From assembly GCA_044222185.1 (NCBI GenBank), contig JBGANV010000008.1, forward strand, positions 241,875 to 305,874: DNA of 64,000 nt. Reading direction: 5' to 3'. The DNA is from Planctomycetota bacterium. Lineage in GTDB: Bacteria; Planctomycetota; GCA-002687715; CAIWVZ01. The position numbers were made by a program, and so were the translations under genes. Shown one piece after another: positions 1 through 8,950 of the stretch. The notes under the pieces were generated by a model. The model was not told where the DNA came from and did no database searches. It saw nothing but the letters and a program-made list of their open reading frames with translations. Within the stretch, counting starts at the first letter, position 1; the number at the start of each line of letters is the position of its first letter.

Positions 1-2
1 GC

Positions 3-3000
3 AGCGGGAGTGGCCAGAGGCTTTCCGATCGGAGTCGCATACGGGATGCGCTCTCGCCCGTTCACGTCGAGCACGCAGACGCGATACCGCTTGCCAGCAC
101 CGAGACCAGCCATCACGAACGTGCCGTCCGACGACAGACGCACGTACTCGCCGACGCTGACTCCCACCTCGTAGAACGCCACCACGGCCGAGTGGAACGG
201 GACTGCCGTATCGACGGTGACCGTCCCATGAAGCGTCACTCCGCGTCGAGCGAGGATCCGGCGCGTCACGACCTTCCCAGCGAGAACCTCGATCGACATC
301 GGAGGCGGCGGCGTGTAGCCGGCAATCTGGATCCGCACGGTGTAGGTGCCGGCCGTCAGGTCCGCGAGGTGATACACCCCGAGACTCCGAGACGTCGGCT
401 CGACCCCGTCGCCATCGCCGGCCACCGCGACGAACGCATTCGACACGGGGCGACCCGAGTCGGCGTCGGTGATGACGAGTTGCAGCGCGCCGAGCGACGG
501 CGCCGCGCGGGGTCGCGGCACGGTGATCGTGACCTCGCCCCCGTCGGTCTGGACGCCGCGAACGTCGGCGGCGCCCCACCGGAACCCGTCCACGGGTCGG
601 GCACCGACGTAGTACGGCCCTGGCGGCAGTCCGCCGATTCGAAACCGCCCGTCCGGCGCCGTGCCGATTCCCCAATATTGCGGCGGGGGATTCGAGTGAT
701 CTCCGCCGCGCTCCCAGACCGCGTCGAAGGCGGAGGCCTCGGGCAGGCGTCCGTCGACGACGAGCACGCGGGCGTCAGGTACGAGCGCCCCGTCCTCGTC
801 CACCACGCGCCCGAAGACCGCGTGCGCGCGCGCAAGCTTGACGACGACTTCCGCCTGAGGTTCCTCGTCCGTCATGATCGGCTCGGACTCACCGAGCGCG
901 AAGCCCGGAGCATCCGCATAGATCGTCGCGGGACTCGGCGTTCGGTCAGGCCAACCATACGCGTAGCCCAGCCGCGCGCACCCGTCCATCCCCGTGTGCG
1001 TGAGTGAGTCCGCAACCGCGCCAGCCAAGATGAAGCGGTTGAACGAGACGGTCGCCCCGGCGATCGGCCGACCCTGCTCGTCCACGACGCGCACGGGCAC
1101 CGGCATGACCGGGAACAGCCGGATGTCGGGCGCCTGGGTCGTCGTGCCACGCCTCACCGCGACGGTGACCGTCGATTGGACGCCGGCCATCAGCCCACTG
1201 GAGAATCCGCCCACCGCCACGTCGACGGAATCGGCGGAGCCCACCCGGACGCCGTCGAACACGTAGCGGCCGTCGCGATCGGACGTCACGCGGCCGTGGT
1301 TTTCGGCAAATGCTGGGGGAAGTTGCGAGTTGCGGTCGATCCCGTCGCTGCGTGAGACGCGCGCGAAGCGTGCCGGCGACCCGTCAGCCTCGAGCACGCG
1401 CCCCTCGATGCGCGCGCAGCGGAAGAGCTGTATGTCGAGCGTGGCCGTGGACTCGTTGCCCGCCAACTCCGGCAGCCGGAGCTCGGTCGAGTATCCCGGA
1501 GCCGACGCAGCGAGAGCGGGCGCTCCCGAACCAACCGGACCACGAGGCCTGATCGAGGAGAACGTGTCGTCGCACGAAATCCCCGAGAGCACGAACGTGC
1601 CGTCGTTCCCCGCATCCGTTTCGATGAGGCCACGGATGGGGAGCGCGTCTTGGATCCAGTTGTGGCGCGTGCCCGCATGACCGAACCGCACCGTCTCGGA
1701 CCAGCACGCGACGTGCGCGGAAGGTATCGGCTTGCCCGTCTCGCCGTCGACGACACGCCCGCGGACCGTGGCACCACGCCCCAGAGTGATCGGCAGCTGC
1801 ACCTCTCGCGTGGGTGAGGGAAACGGGCTGCGCAGCGTCGTGGTCGCGAAGCCCTCCGCGCGCACCTCGACGCCGTCGAACGGAGGCTCCCACACCATCA
1901 CGCGCAGGTCGTCGTCGATGATGTCGGTCACGACGTAGCTTCCGTCGGGGGCCGATCGGCCGTCGCGCTCGACGATCACCCCCGAAAGGACGCACTGCCA
2001 ACGGACCAGGGCCCCGCCGATCGCATGTCCTTCGGCATCGCGCACCGTCCCCCGGATGGTGGCGGGCCTTCCGAGGGTGACGGTCACGTCATCGCCGAGG
2101 TGATGTGTTTCACCGACGACCGGGCCGAAGCCTTGTGCCTCCGCGAAGACGTAGAGCGACGGACTCGCCTGCCCGGGTTGGAGCCGGAAGCGGCCCTGGG
2201 CGTCCGTGACGCAGACGCGAACGCGGCCCTTGGGGTCGTCCACCGTACGCGCCGTCACCAGCGTCCTCGTGTCGCTCCCGTACATGACGACGCGTGCACC
2301 GGGCACGGGCTTGCCGTCGGGGTCGACCACGCGCCCGGAGAGCGACGTCGGATCTGGATCGGGCACCAGTGGAACGGCTGCGATGCGTCCGCCAGCGGAC
2401 GTCGGGTCGGCCGCGACCTCGCCCACGCGCGAGTCCTCCTCGCCGGCGGGCCGCGCCCCGGGGGGCCCGGACGTTGTCTCGATCGTCGGGTTTCGCAGAT
2501 GCCAGAGCGCGACCCCACCGAGGATGAGCAGGACCAGCCCCGTCAGCGCGGCCTTCGTCCCCGCGGCGCCCGCCGCGCCACCGGTCAGCGTGTGCCCCGC
2601 AGTCCCCCGAGGTCCCATGAGCGTCACGAGGGGGCCGAGCGTCGCCTTCCACGCAGCGCCACGATCACGCTCGAGGCGCTCACGGAGTCTGTCCAACCCG
2701 CGAGCGAGGCGACTGCGAATGGTCGCGGGCGGCTCGCCCAGGTGTTCCCCGATCTGCATGGGAGTCAGTTCGCCGAAGAACCGCAGGAGGATCGTCGACC
2801 GATAGGGCTCCTCGAGCTCGAGGACGAGGCTCGTGAGCCGGCGATGCTGGTCCGCGCGCTCGGCGAGTTCCGCGGTCGACGGAACGATGTCAGCGCGCCG
2901 GGCAGCGTCCTCGCGGCGGTCCCGTCGGACTCGGGTGCGATGGGCCATGCGGGCCAGATTCCGGATCACCGCGGCGAACCAGGATCGGAACGCCAGTCCC

Positions 3001-3155
3001 TGAGGTGGAGCACCCCCGAGGGTCGCCAGCGCAGCCGTCTGGACGATGTCCTCAGCCAGTTGCTCGTCACCGACGAGGCTTCGCGCCAGGGCATAGGCCC
3101 ACGATCCATTGGACAAGAGAGCTTGCAGGTCAGGTGTGCGAGGTGCGCCGCCCAT
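3..3155 (-). CDS. ECF sigma factor fused via a TM helix to multiple carboxypeptidase-regulatory-like beta-sandwich domains (3' end runs off the window)
   Basis: Absent from the ORF track, as expected for a frame that runs off the window end; translated by hand from ATG 3155 and spot-checked to the window start. Sigma2 (YALARSLVGDEQLAEDIVQ...FRSWFAAVIRNLA), sigma4 (LEEPYRSTILLRFFGELTPMQIGEHLGEPPATIRSRLARG), TM (LTGLVLLILGGVALWHL), then repeated GRVVDPDGKPVPGARV / TDAQGRF motifs. Confidence 0.85.
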   Translation of the reverse strand, partial: MGGAPRTPDLQALLSNGSWAYALARSLVGDEQLAEDIVQTAALATLGGAPPQGLAFRSWFAAVIRNLARMAHRTRVRRDRREDAARRADIVPSTAELAERADQHRRLTSLVLELEEPYRSTILLRFFGELTPMQIGEHLGEPPATIRSRLARGLDRLRERLERDRGAAWKATLGPLVTLMGPRGTAGHTLTGGAAGAAGTKAALTGLVLLILGGVALWHLRNPTIETTSGPPGARPAGEEDSRVGEVAADPTSAGGRIAAVPLVPDPDPTSLSGRVVDPDGKPVPGARVVMYGSDTRTLVTARTVDDPKGRVRVCVTDAQGRFRLQPGQASPSLYVFAEAQGFGPVVGETHHLGDDVTVTLGRPATIRGTVRDAEGHAIGGALVRWQCVLSGVIVERDGRSAPDGSYVVTDIIDDDLRVMVWEPPFDGVEVRAEGFATTTLRSPFPSPTREVQLPITLGRGATVRGRVVDGETGKPIPSAHVACWSETVRFGHAGTRHNWIQDALPIRGLIETDAGNDGTFVLSGISCDDTFSSIRPRGPVGSGAPALAASAPGYSTELRLPELAGNESTATLDIQLFRCARIEGRVLEADGSPARFARVSRSDGIDRNSQLPPAFAENHGRVTSDRDGRYVFDGVRVGSADSVDVAVGGFSSGLMAGVQSTVTVAVRRGTTTQAPDIRLFPVMPVPVRVVDEQGRPIAGATVSFNRFILAGAVADSLTHTGMDGCARLGYAYGWPDRTPSPATIYADAPGFALGESEPIMTDEEPQAEVVVKLARAHAVFGRVVDEDGALVPDARVLVVDGRLPEASAFDAVWERGGDHSNPPPQYWGIGTAPDGRFRIGGLPPGPYYVGARPVDGFRWGAADVRGVQTDGGEVTITVPRPRAAPSLGALQLVITDADSGRPVSNAFVAVAGDGDGVEPTSRSLGVYHLADLTAGTYTVRIQIAGYTPPPPMSIEVLAGKVVTRRILARRGVTLHGTVTVDTAVPFHSAVVAFYEVGVSVGEYVRLSSDGTFVMAGLGAGKRYRVCVLDVNGRERIPYATPIGKPLATPA

Positions 3156-3298
3156 GGTTGGCCCTAGGGTTGCCGTCCGTGACCTGAACGTTGCAGGGTT
3201 TCCCCCGATGTCCGCCGTGACGCACCGGACCTCGGACGACGCCCCTGAGCCGCGATCCTCCGCGTGGGGAGGGCGGGCTCGCGTCGTAGGCTGCGCGC

Positions 3299-5902
3299 AT
3301 GGTGATCAAACACTCCATCGGCTTGACGGCAGCGAGTTTACTCATCCTCGTGGTCGCTTGTTCGGTGTCGGCGTCGCATGAACCGGCGGCCCCGGCGGAC
3401 GACGCGTCAGAGACGTCGTTCGCGGCACCCGACGGCCCGCTGGGCTCACAGGCGCACCTCGATCGCGTGATGACGAGTGCCTGGTGCGGCAAGTGCCACC
3501 CGACGTTCGAGGCGGAGAACGCCCAGAACACGCATGGCCGCGCCTTTTTCGACCCCGAGGCACGCGCGGCGACGCATGGCTTCCGTCGCGAGGATTGCCT
3601 CCGCTGTCACACGCCGCGTCCCGTGTTCGAGACGGGCATCGGCCTGACGCCCATGCAGCGCTGGACCGACCTCGAGGAGGGCAACAACTGCATGTCTTGC
3701 CACTGGAAACCGGACTACGACTACTCCCGGTTTGCCGGCGGCGCGCAATGCAAGACGGCATTCGATCCGCGCGTCGGCACCGTCCAGGCGTGCGCATCGT
3801 GCCACCGGATCGGCGGGACGCCCGATCAATGGTCCCGCGCCGAGCATGGCCAGGTCGCAGGCAACCTGTGCATCGATTGTCACATGCCGCTCGTCGATCG
3901 CCCCGTCGCCGTCGGCGAGCCGGCGCGCCCCGTCCGTGCGCACGTCTTCCCCGCATCCCATTCCGATGCGCAGCTCCACCGAGCCGCCGGCTACTCGGCG
4001 ACGATCGAGGGGAACGAGGTCGTGGTCCGCGTCACCAATCGAGGCGCGGGGCACAACTTTCCCACGGCATCGCGGCAGCGGGCCGTGGAGTCGGTCGTCA
4101 CGGTCCGTGACCTGGACGGCAAGGTGATCGGCACGTCACGCCTCGTCTCCCGCTACCCATACGCGCAGGAGCTGGAACCGGGGCAGATGACCATGCCCGT
4201 CTCCACGCAGATCCCGTCGGGGAAATCCCGTGAACAACGCGTCCCCCTCACGGTCGCGCGAGGCACGATCGAATGCGAGTTGTTCTTCAAGCTCTATCGA
4301 CCCGTCGACGATCACCATCCAACCCTCTCGCGCCGGCTGGAGACCATCAGACTCCCGTTTTCCATCGAGAACCCGTCGAACGAGCAGATCAAGGACGCGC
4401 CGAACACCGGGTTCCCGGCGCCGGCAGCCAGCCTCGAGGACTATTTCAGCCCCACGGGCTTCGCGAACGTCGCCCGTCCGGCGCCGGGCAGCCGACCGGT
4501 CGTGATCCCCGAGGGGCGCACGCCAGCCGACCTCGCGCGCCTCGTCTCGCTGCTCGAGTTCCACATGCCAGAGGCCCGCGCTCGGGCACGCGAGCAGCTC
4601 GAACGCCTGGGGCCGACGGCGTACCCCGCCCTCATCTCGGCCATGGGCGACTGGAGCAACGAGACCTACAACCAGGCCATGGAGCTGCTGGTCAAAGCCG
4701 GCGAGCCGGCCGTCCCGGCGCTGCGCGAGGCCTTGGCGAGCCCAGAGCTCTACATCCGCTGCCACGCCCGTTTCGTGCTCGCGCGAATCCTCCGAACGGG
4801 TGATCGTGCGGGGATCCGACCCAGGCTCGAGGCGGATCTGTCGGCACGCGAGCCTCTCGATCGGCGGTCTGCAGCCGAAGCCCTCACCATGCTCGGCGAC
4901 CCGGCGTGCGCTCCCTCGCTGCGGCCGCTCCTGGGCGACCGCGATTGGGACGTGGTCAGCGCGGCTGCCACGGCCCTCGCGCGCTTCGACGATCGGGCAT
5001 CGGTCGCGGCGATCCGCGCCGCGCTCGATCGCGCGAGCTACCCGGAATCGCGCCGCGACCTCGCCCGCGCGCTTTGCGAGCTGGGTGATCCCACGGGCGC
5101 ACCGGTCCTCCTCGACGGACTCAGCGGCGCCGATGACCTCACGCGCTCGCTCTCGTTCGACGCGTTCTTCGCCGTGACGGGGATGCACGAATCGTTCGAT
5201 CCGGGTCTCCCCGATCCCGTGCGGCTCGAATCGCTCGCGCACCTGCGCGGCACGTGGGAGGAGCTGGGCGGCGCGGCCATGCTCCGCCGACCGCACCGGC
5301 CCGACCCCATCGCCCACACCCATGCGGACGAACTCGTCGCACATCTGGGCGGTGGCTCCGACACCGAACCCGGCGGCGATGACGAGCGAATCATGAACGA
5401 ACTCGTTCAGATGGGAGCCGACGCGGTGCCCGCACTCGTCGACGGTCTCGCGTATCCGACGGGTTGGGCGGAGAAGCGGGCCCGCATTTGCGAGGTGCTC
5501 GGACGGATCGGTTCCAAGGACGCCGCCCCCGGGTTGATCGCGGTGCTCCGAGATCCCGTGCTGCCGGTCGCCGACTGGGCGTGTTGGGCCCTGGAGCAAT
5601 GTGGAGATCCCGCCGCCATGCCCGCGCTCTCACGGTTCCAGGCGCGGGTCGTCGGCCTGAAGTCCGACGAGGAACATGCCGCCGCCTCGGACCGCATGCT
5701 CGCGCGGCTCGCTCGGGCCCGGCTCGCGCTGGGTGATGCCTCCGCACGGTCCACTCTCGTGAATCTGCTGCTCTCGGACAGTGAACCCGCGCGCGAGATC
5801 GCCATCCGGGCGCTCTCGGATCGCGAGGGCGATTCGCGCGGTTACGACCCGGCGGCCAGCGCCTCCAATCGTCTGGAGGCGGTGCAGCGCTGGATGAAGT
5901 GA
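3299..5902 (+). CDS. Multiheme (5x CxxCH) cytochrome c lipoprotein with C-terminal HEAT/PBS-lyase repeats
   Basis: Signal/lipobox-like LILVVAC; heme motifs CGKCH, CLRCH, CMSCH, CASCH, CIDCH; GAGHNFPT motif; HEAT repeats such as LGDRDWDVVSAAATALARF. Confidence 0.85.
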   Translation: MVIKHSIGLTAASLLILVVACSVSASHEPAAPADDASETSFAAPDGPLGSQAHLDRVMTSAWCGKCHPTFEAENAQNTHGRAFFDPEARAATHGFRREDCLRCHTPRPVFETGIGLTPMQRWTDLEEGNNCMSCHWKPDYDYSRFAGGAQCKTAFDPRVGTVQACASCHRIGGTPDQWSRAEHGQVAGNLCIDCHMPLVDRPVAVGEPARPVRAHVFPASHSDAQLHRAAGYSATIEGNEVVVRVTNRGAGHNFPTASRQRAVESVVTVRDLDGKVIGTSRLVSRYPYAQELEPGQMTMPVSTQIPSGKSREQRVPLTVARGTIECELFFKLYRPVDDHHPTLSRRLETIRLPFSIENPSNEQIKDAPNTGFPAPAASLEDYFSPTGFANVARPAPGSRPVVIPEGRTPADLARLVSLLEFHMPEARARAREQLERLGPTAYPALISAMGDWSNETYNQAMELLVKAGEPAVPALREALASPELYIRCHARFVLARILRTGDRAGIRPRLEADLSAREPLDRRSAAEALTMLGDPACAPSLRPLLGDRDWDVVSAAATALARFDDRASVAAIRAALDRASYPESRRDLARALCELGDPTGAPVLLDGLSGADDLTRSLSFDAFFAVTGMHESFDPGLPDPVRLESLAHLRGTWEELGGAAMLRRPHRPDPIAHTHADELVAHLGGGSDTEPGGDDERIMNELVQMGADAVPALVDGLAYPTGWAEKRARICEVLGRIGSKDAAPGLIAVLRDPVLPVADWACWALEQCGDPAAMPALSRFQARVVGLKSDEEHAAASDRMLARLARARLALGDASARSTLVNLLLSDSEPAREIAIRALSDREGDSRGYDPAASASNRLEAVQRWMK

Positions 5903-5994
5903 GGCGATCGGACCCCGAACCGATCGTCGGCATCACACGGTCGCCGGCTGGGGATTGCGACGATCAGGCGACCGTTCCGCACCTCGCGGCCCGC

Positions 5995-6136
5995 TGGTAT
6001 CTTCGCGGCCACGGCGCTCGGGGCGCCTGCAATCCGCGCAAAGGGCCAAGCCCACCCGAAGTGCTCTCGTCTGGCGACTCGTTCCTCCTTTCGGCCGGTG
6101 ATGCGGATGCCGGACCCAGTCCGAGAGGAGTCCCTC
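5995..6136 (+). promoter_or_regulatory. Extended -10 promoter and structured 5' leader of the ankyrin gene
   Basis: TGgTATCTT at 5995-6003; nested pairings ATCCGC/GCGGAT, CACC/GGTG, CCGAA/TTCGG; hairpin CGGAC-CCA-GTCCG directly before SD GAGGAG. Confidence 0.45.
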
Positions 6137-7642
6137 ATGCCCGTTCGAAAGCTCCCGTCCGCACCCAGCCTCGAGCACCTCAAGAACCAGGCAAAGGATC
6201 TGCAGCGCCGAGTGGAGGCCGCCGATCCAGACGCCCTTGCCGACGCGCGAGAGTTCGACCCGCGGTTCGCTTCCGCGACCGCCACCACGACCTTCACCCG
6301 CACGCGGGCACAGCTCGTCGTCGCGCGCCGCTTCGGCTTTGCGAGCTGGAACGCGCTGCGGCGCCACGTGGAGTTCGTCAGGGAGAACACCCGCACCCCG
6401 CACGTCGAGCCGCAAACGCCTGACCGGGATCCAGCGGATCGATTCCTTCGCCTCGCATGCCTGCGTTACGGCGGCGATCGACCCGAACGCAGGAACGAGG
6501 CGAGGCTCATGTTGGATCGCACGCCGTCGCTCGCGGCCGCATCGATCCACGCGAGTGCGGCGGCGGGGGACGTCGCAGCCTCGCGCGCGATCCTCGGCGC
6601 CGACCCGTCGCTGGCGAATCGACAGGGCGGCCCTTTCGGTTGGCCCCCGATTCTCTACCTGGCGTACTCGCGCCTGCCGTCCGAGGACGGCGGCCGATCG
6701 ACGCTCGATGTGGCGCGACTCCTGCTGGATCACGGTGCGGATCCAAACGCGGGGTTCCTCTGGGACGGGCTCCCTTCGCCTTTCACCGCGCTTGCCGGTG
6801 TCTTGGGCGGCGGCGAACGGGATGAACCACCCCATCCGCAGGCGCAGGCCCTCGCCCGAATGCTGCTCTCGGCGGGCGCGGACCCGAACGACGGCCAGGC
6901 TCTCTACAATCGCCAGTTCGGCGCGGCGAACGATCATCTCGAGCTGCTGTTCGAATTCGGGCTGGGCGGCAAGCCCAAGGGACGCTGGCACGCCCAGCTC
7001 GGACCGGCGCTCGCGTCGCCGCAGCAGATGCTCGAGGATCAGATGCTCTGGGCCGCGTCACGAAACATGCCGGCAAGGGTGGGACTTCTCCTGCGGCAGG
7101 GTGTGAGTCCTGACGGCCTCGGAACGAGCCACCCGGTGCATCACGGGCGCACCGCGCGGCAACTCGCCGTGCTCAACGGCCACACGCAGATCGCCGTGAT
7201 GTTCGCCGAGGCAAGGCCCGCGGCACCCATGGATCCGCTGATCGTTTTCACGGGCGCGTGCATGCAGGCCGATGCGACGCAGGTCGACGCCCTGCTGCAC
7301 GACGATCCGACGCTGCTGGATCGTCTCCGGTCCGTCGCGCCTCACCTCGTGATCCGCGCGGCGGAGGCCGGACGGCCCGCCGTGGTCCGCTTCCTCGTGG
7401 GTCTGGGATTCGACGTGAATGCGTTCGTCGGGCAGACGGCGCTGCACGCCGCGGCTGGTTCGGGTCATCTCGAGACCGTTCGAACGCTGGTCGAGCTCGG
7501 GGGCGATCCCAACCGCCGTGACGTGCGCTTCCACGCGACGCCGCTGGGATGGGCGCAGCACCTCGGTCGCGCCGACGTCGCCGCGTGGCTCGCCGGCCGG
7601 ACGAAGGACGACCTCGATCCCAACCGCGGAACGCCCGACTGA
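6137..7642 (+). CDS. Ankyrin repeat protein with N-terminal LPxxPSLEHLKxQAK helical domain
   Basis: SD GAGGAG before ATG 6137; ankyrin motifs LLLDHGADPN, TALHAAAGSGHLETVRTLVELGGDPN, TPLGWA. Confidence 0.9.
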   Translation: MPVRKLPSAPSLEHLKNQAKDLQRRVEAADPDALADAREFDPRFASATATTTFTRTRAQLVVARRFGFASWNALRRHVEFVRENTRTPHVEPQTPDRDPADRFLRLACLRYGGDRPERRNEARLMLDRTPSLAAASIHASAAAGDVAASRAILGADPSLANRQGGPFGWPPILYLAYSRLPSEDGGRSTLDVARLLLDHGADPNAGFLWDGLPSPFTALAGVLGGGERDEPPHPQAQALARMLLSAGADPNDGQALYNRQFGAANDHLELLFEFGLGGKPKGRWHAQLGPALASPQQMLEDQMLWAASRNMPARVGLLLRQGVSPDGLGTSHPVHHGRTARQLAVLNGHTQIAVMFAEARPAAPMDPLIVFTGACMQADATQVDALLHDDPTLLDRLRSVAPHLVIRAAEAGRPAVVRFLVGLGFDVNAFVGQTALHAAAGSGHLETVRTLVELGGDPNRRDVRFHATPLGWAQHLGRADVAAWLAGRTKDDLDPNRGTPD

Positions 7643-7644
7643 AA

Positions 7645-8115
7645 TCAGCCGCCCGATGACGCGCCCTGTTGGCGGCGCCACGTGAGCGCCACGAGCCAGA
7701 ACGCGAAGAGCTGGATCAGCTCCGGCACCTCGGGCGCGCAGTCGACCATCGCGCGCCGGGTGAACGCGTGCGCAGGTCGGATCACCCCGAGCTGCCGCCC
7801 GTTCGAGTGGAGCCGGTAGGAGCGCGTGAACGCGCTCTCGGCATCGAGGTCCAACGCGATCCCGGACGCCTGGATCTCGAACTTCCGGTAGAACGCGCTC
7901 GGCTTCACGGCCTCCGCATAGCGCTCGCCATTCCGTTCGACGGCCCACCGCGCGGTGAACAGGCCCGCCTTGCGCACGTCGAACTCGGCCCCGGCGCAAC
8001 TGAGGCTCCCCTGCTCGCTGACCCATCGATACCGGAGATAAGCGGGACCGGACGTGGCGCCATCCGCGCGGAAGTCCCAACTGCAGACGGATACCGGGAT
8101 CAAGGTCAGAGTCAT
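7645..8115 (-). CDS. Hypothetical protein, possibly LURP-one/tubby C-terminal-like beta fold
   Basis: 156 aa beta-rich ORF ending in a hydrophobic helix (LIQLFAFWLVALTW); ATGA overlap with the upstream gene. Confidence 0.6.
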   Translation of the reverse strand: MTLTLIPVSVCSWDFRADGATSGPAYLRYRWVSEQGSLSCAGAEFDVRKAGLFTARWAVERNGERYAEAVKPSAFYRKFEIQASGIALDLDAESAFTRSYRLHSNGRQLGVIRPAHAFTRRAMVDCAPEVPELIQLFAFWLVALTWRRQQGASSGG

Positions 8116-8897
8116 GATCTTCGGGACGAGCGCAAGAGGTGGAGCTTGTTTCCCTGCCGTGTGTCGAGCGGACGCTTCAAACCGGTCGCGAACATCTCCA
8201 TCGAGCGCGGAAGCTCGGGAACACGCAGGCCCGCGGAGGCCAGGTAGGTTGCCGTCATGTTGTTGCAGTTGCAGCGCGCGACACCGATCGAGAGGTCGAT
8301 GGTCCCACTTCCGAAGAGCGCGCGCTCCGCGCCTCCGGCGTCCATGATCTCATTCCAGAAGTCGAAGGCGGCAGCAATCGCTTCGGCGGCCGAGAGCGCG
8401 TCGTCCGCCGGTACCGGCAGGTAGGCAAACGGAGGATCGGGCGCGGCGGCATCCATGAGATTCACCATGCGGGCCCAGGTGCGGAACGCGGTTGCGGGCT
8501 CCATCGGTCTGCCGTCGGATGTGACGAAGGCGCCGAAGCGGCTCACGGCCCCATCGGCCGGACGAAACGCGTCGAGGGAAATCCAAGCGAGCCCGTTCCC
8601 GAACGTGATCGCGACGGACGTGTGGACGGCGATCTTGCCGAACATCTGGTACGTCGCCGCGCGCCCCGTCTCGTCGAGTCCGCCGAACAGCCGATCCCAG
8701 TCGCTCTTCTTGAAGACGAGTTGCGTCGCGCCGACGTAGATCGTCGACGGCGGCCCGAACTGCTTCGTGAGGTCGCGTACGGCATCCGCTGCCGTGCGTG
8801 GAGGAACGGCGGCGACCGGCCGCTCGGGAACCAAGTCCCCGCCGGCCCCGAAACAGGCGAGCAGGAGAACGCAGATCGAGCCGGTCGCGTATGCCAT
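8112..8897 (-). CDS. Exported protein with PPPDE/permuted papain-like peptidase motifs
   Basis: GAGG SD before ATG 8897; signal ICVLLLAC; His motif AVHTSVAI upstream of Cys motif CNCNNMT. Confidence 0.55.
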   Translation of the reverse strand: MAYATGSICVLLLACFGAGGDLVPERPVAAVPPRTAADAVRDLTKQFGPPSTIYVGATQLVFKKSDWDRLFGGLDETGRAATYQMFGKIAVHTSVAITFGNGLAWISLDAFRPADGAVSRFGAFVTSDGRPMEPATAFRTWARMVNLMDAAAPDPPFAYLPVPADDALSAAEAIAAAFDFWNEIMDAGGAERALFGSGTIDLSIGVARCNCNNMTATYLASAGLRVPELPRSMEMFATGLKRPLDTRQGNKLHLLRSSRRS

Positions 8898-8950
8898 CGA
8901 TGCCTCGTGAACGGGGGTGATCATACGCGCAACCGGAGATCCCGCCCGGT

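Noticed and set aside
192-3167. Plus-strand ORFs 192-1007 and 2025-3167
   Set aside because: Arg-rich antisense shadows of the minus-strand sigma fusion.
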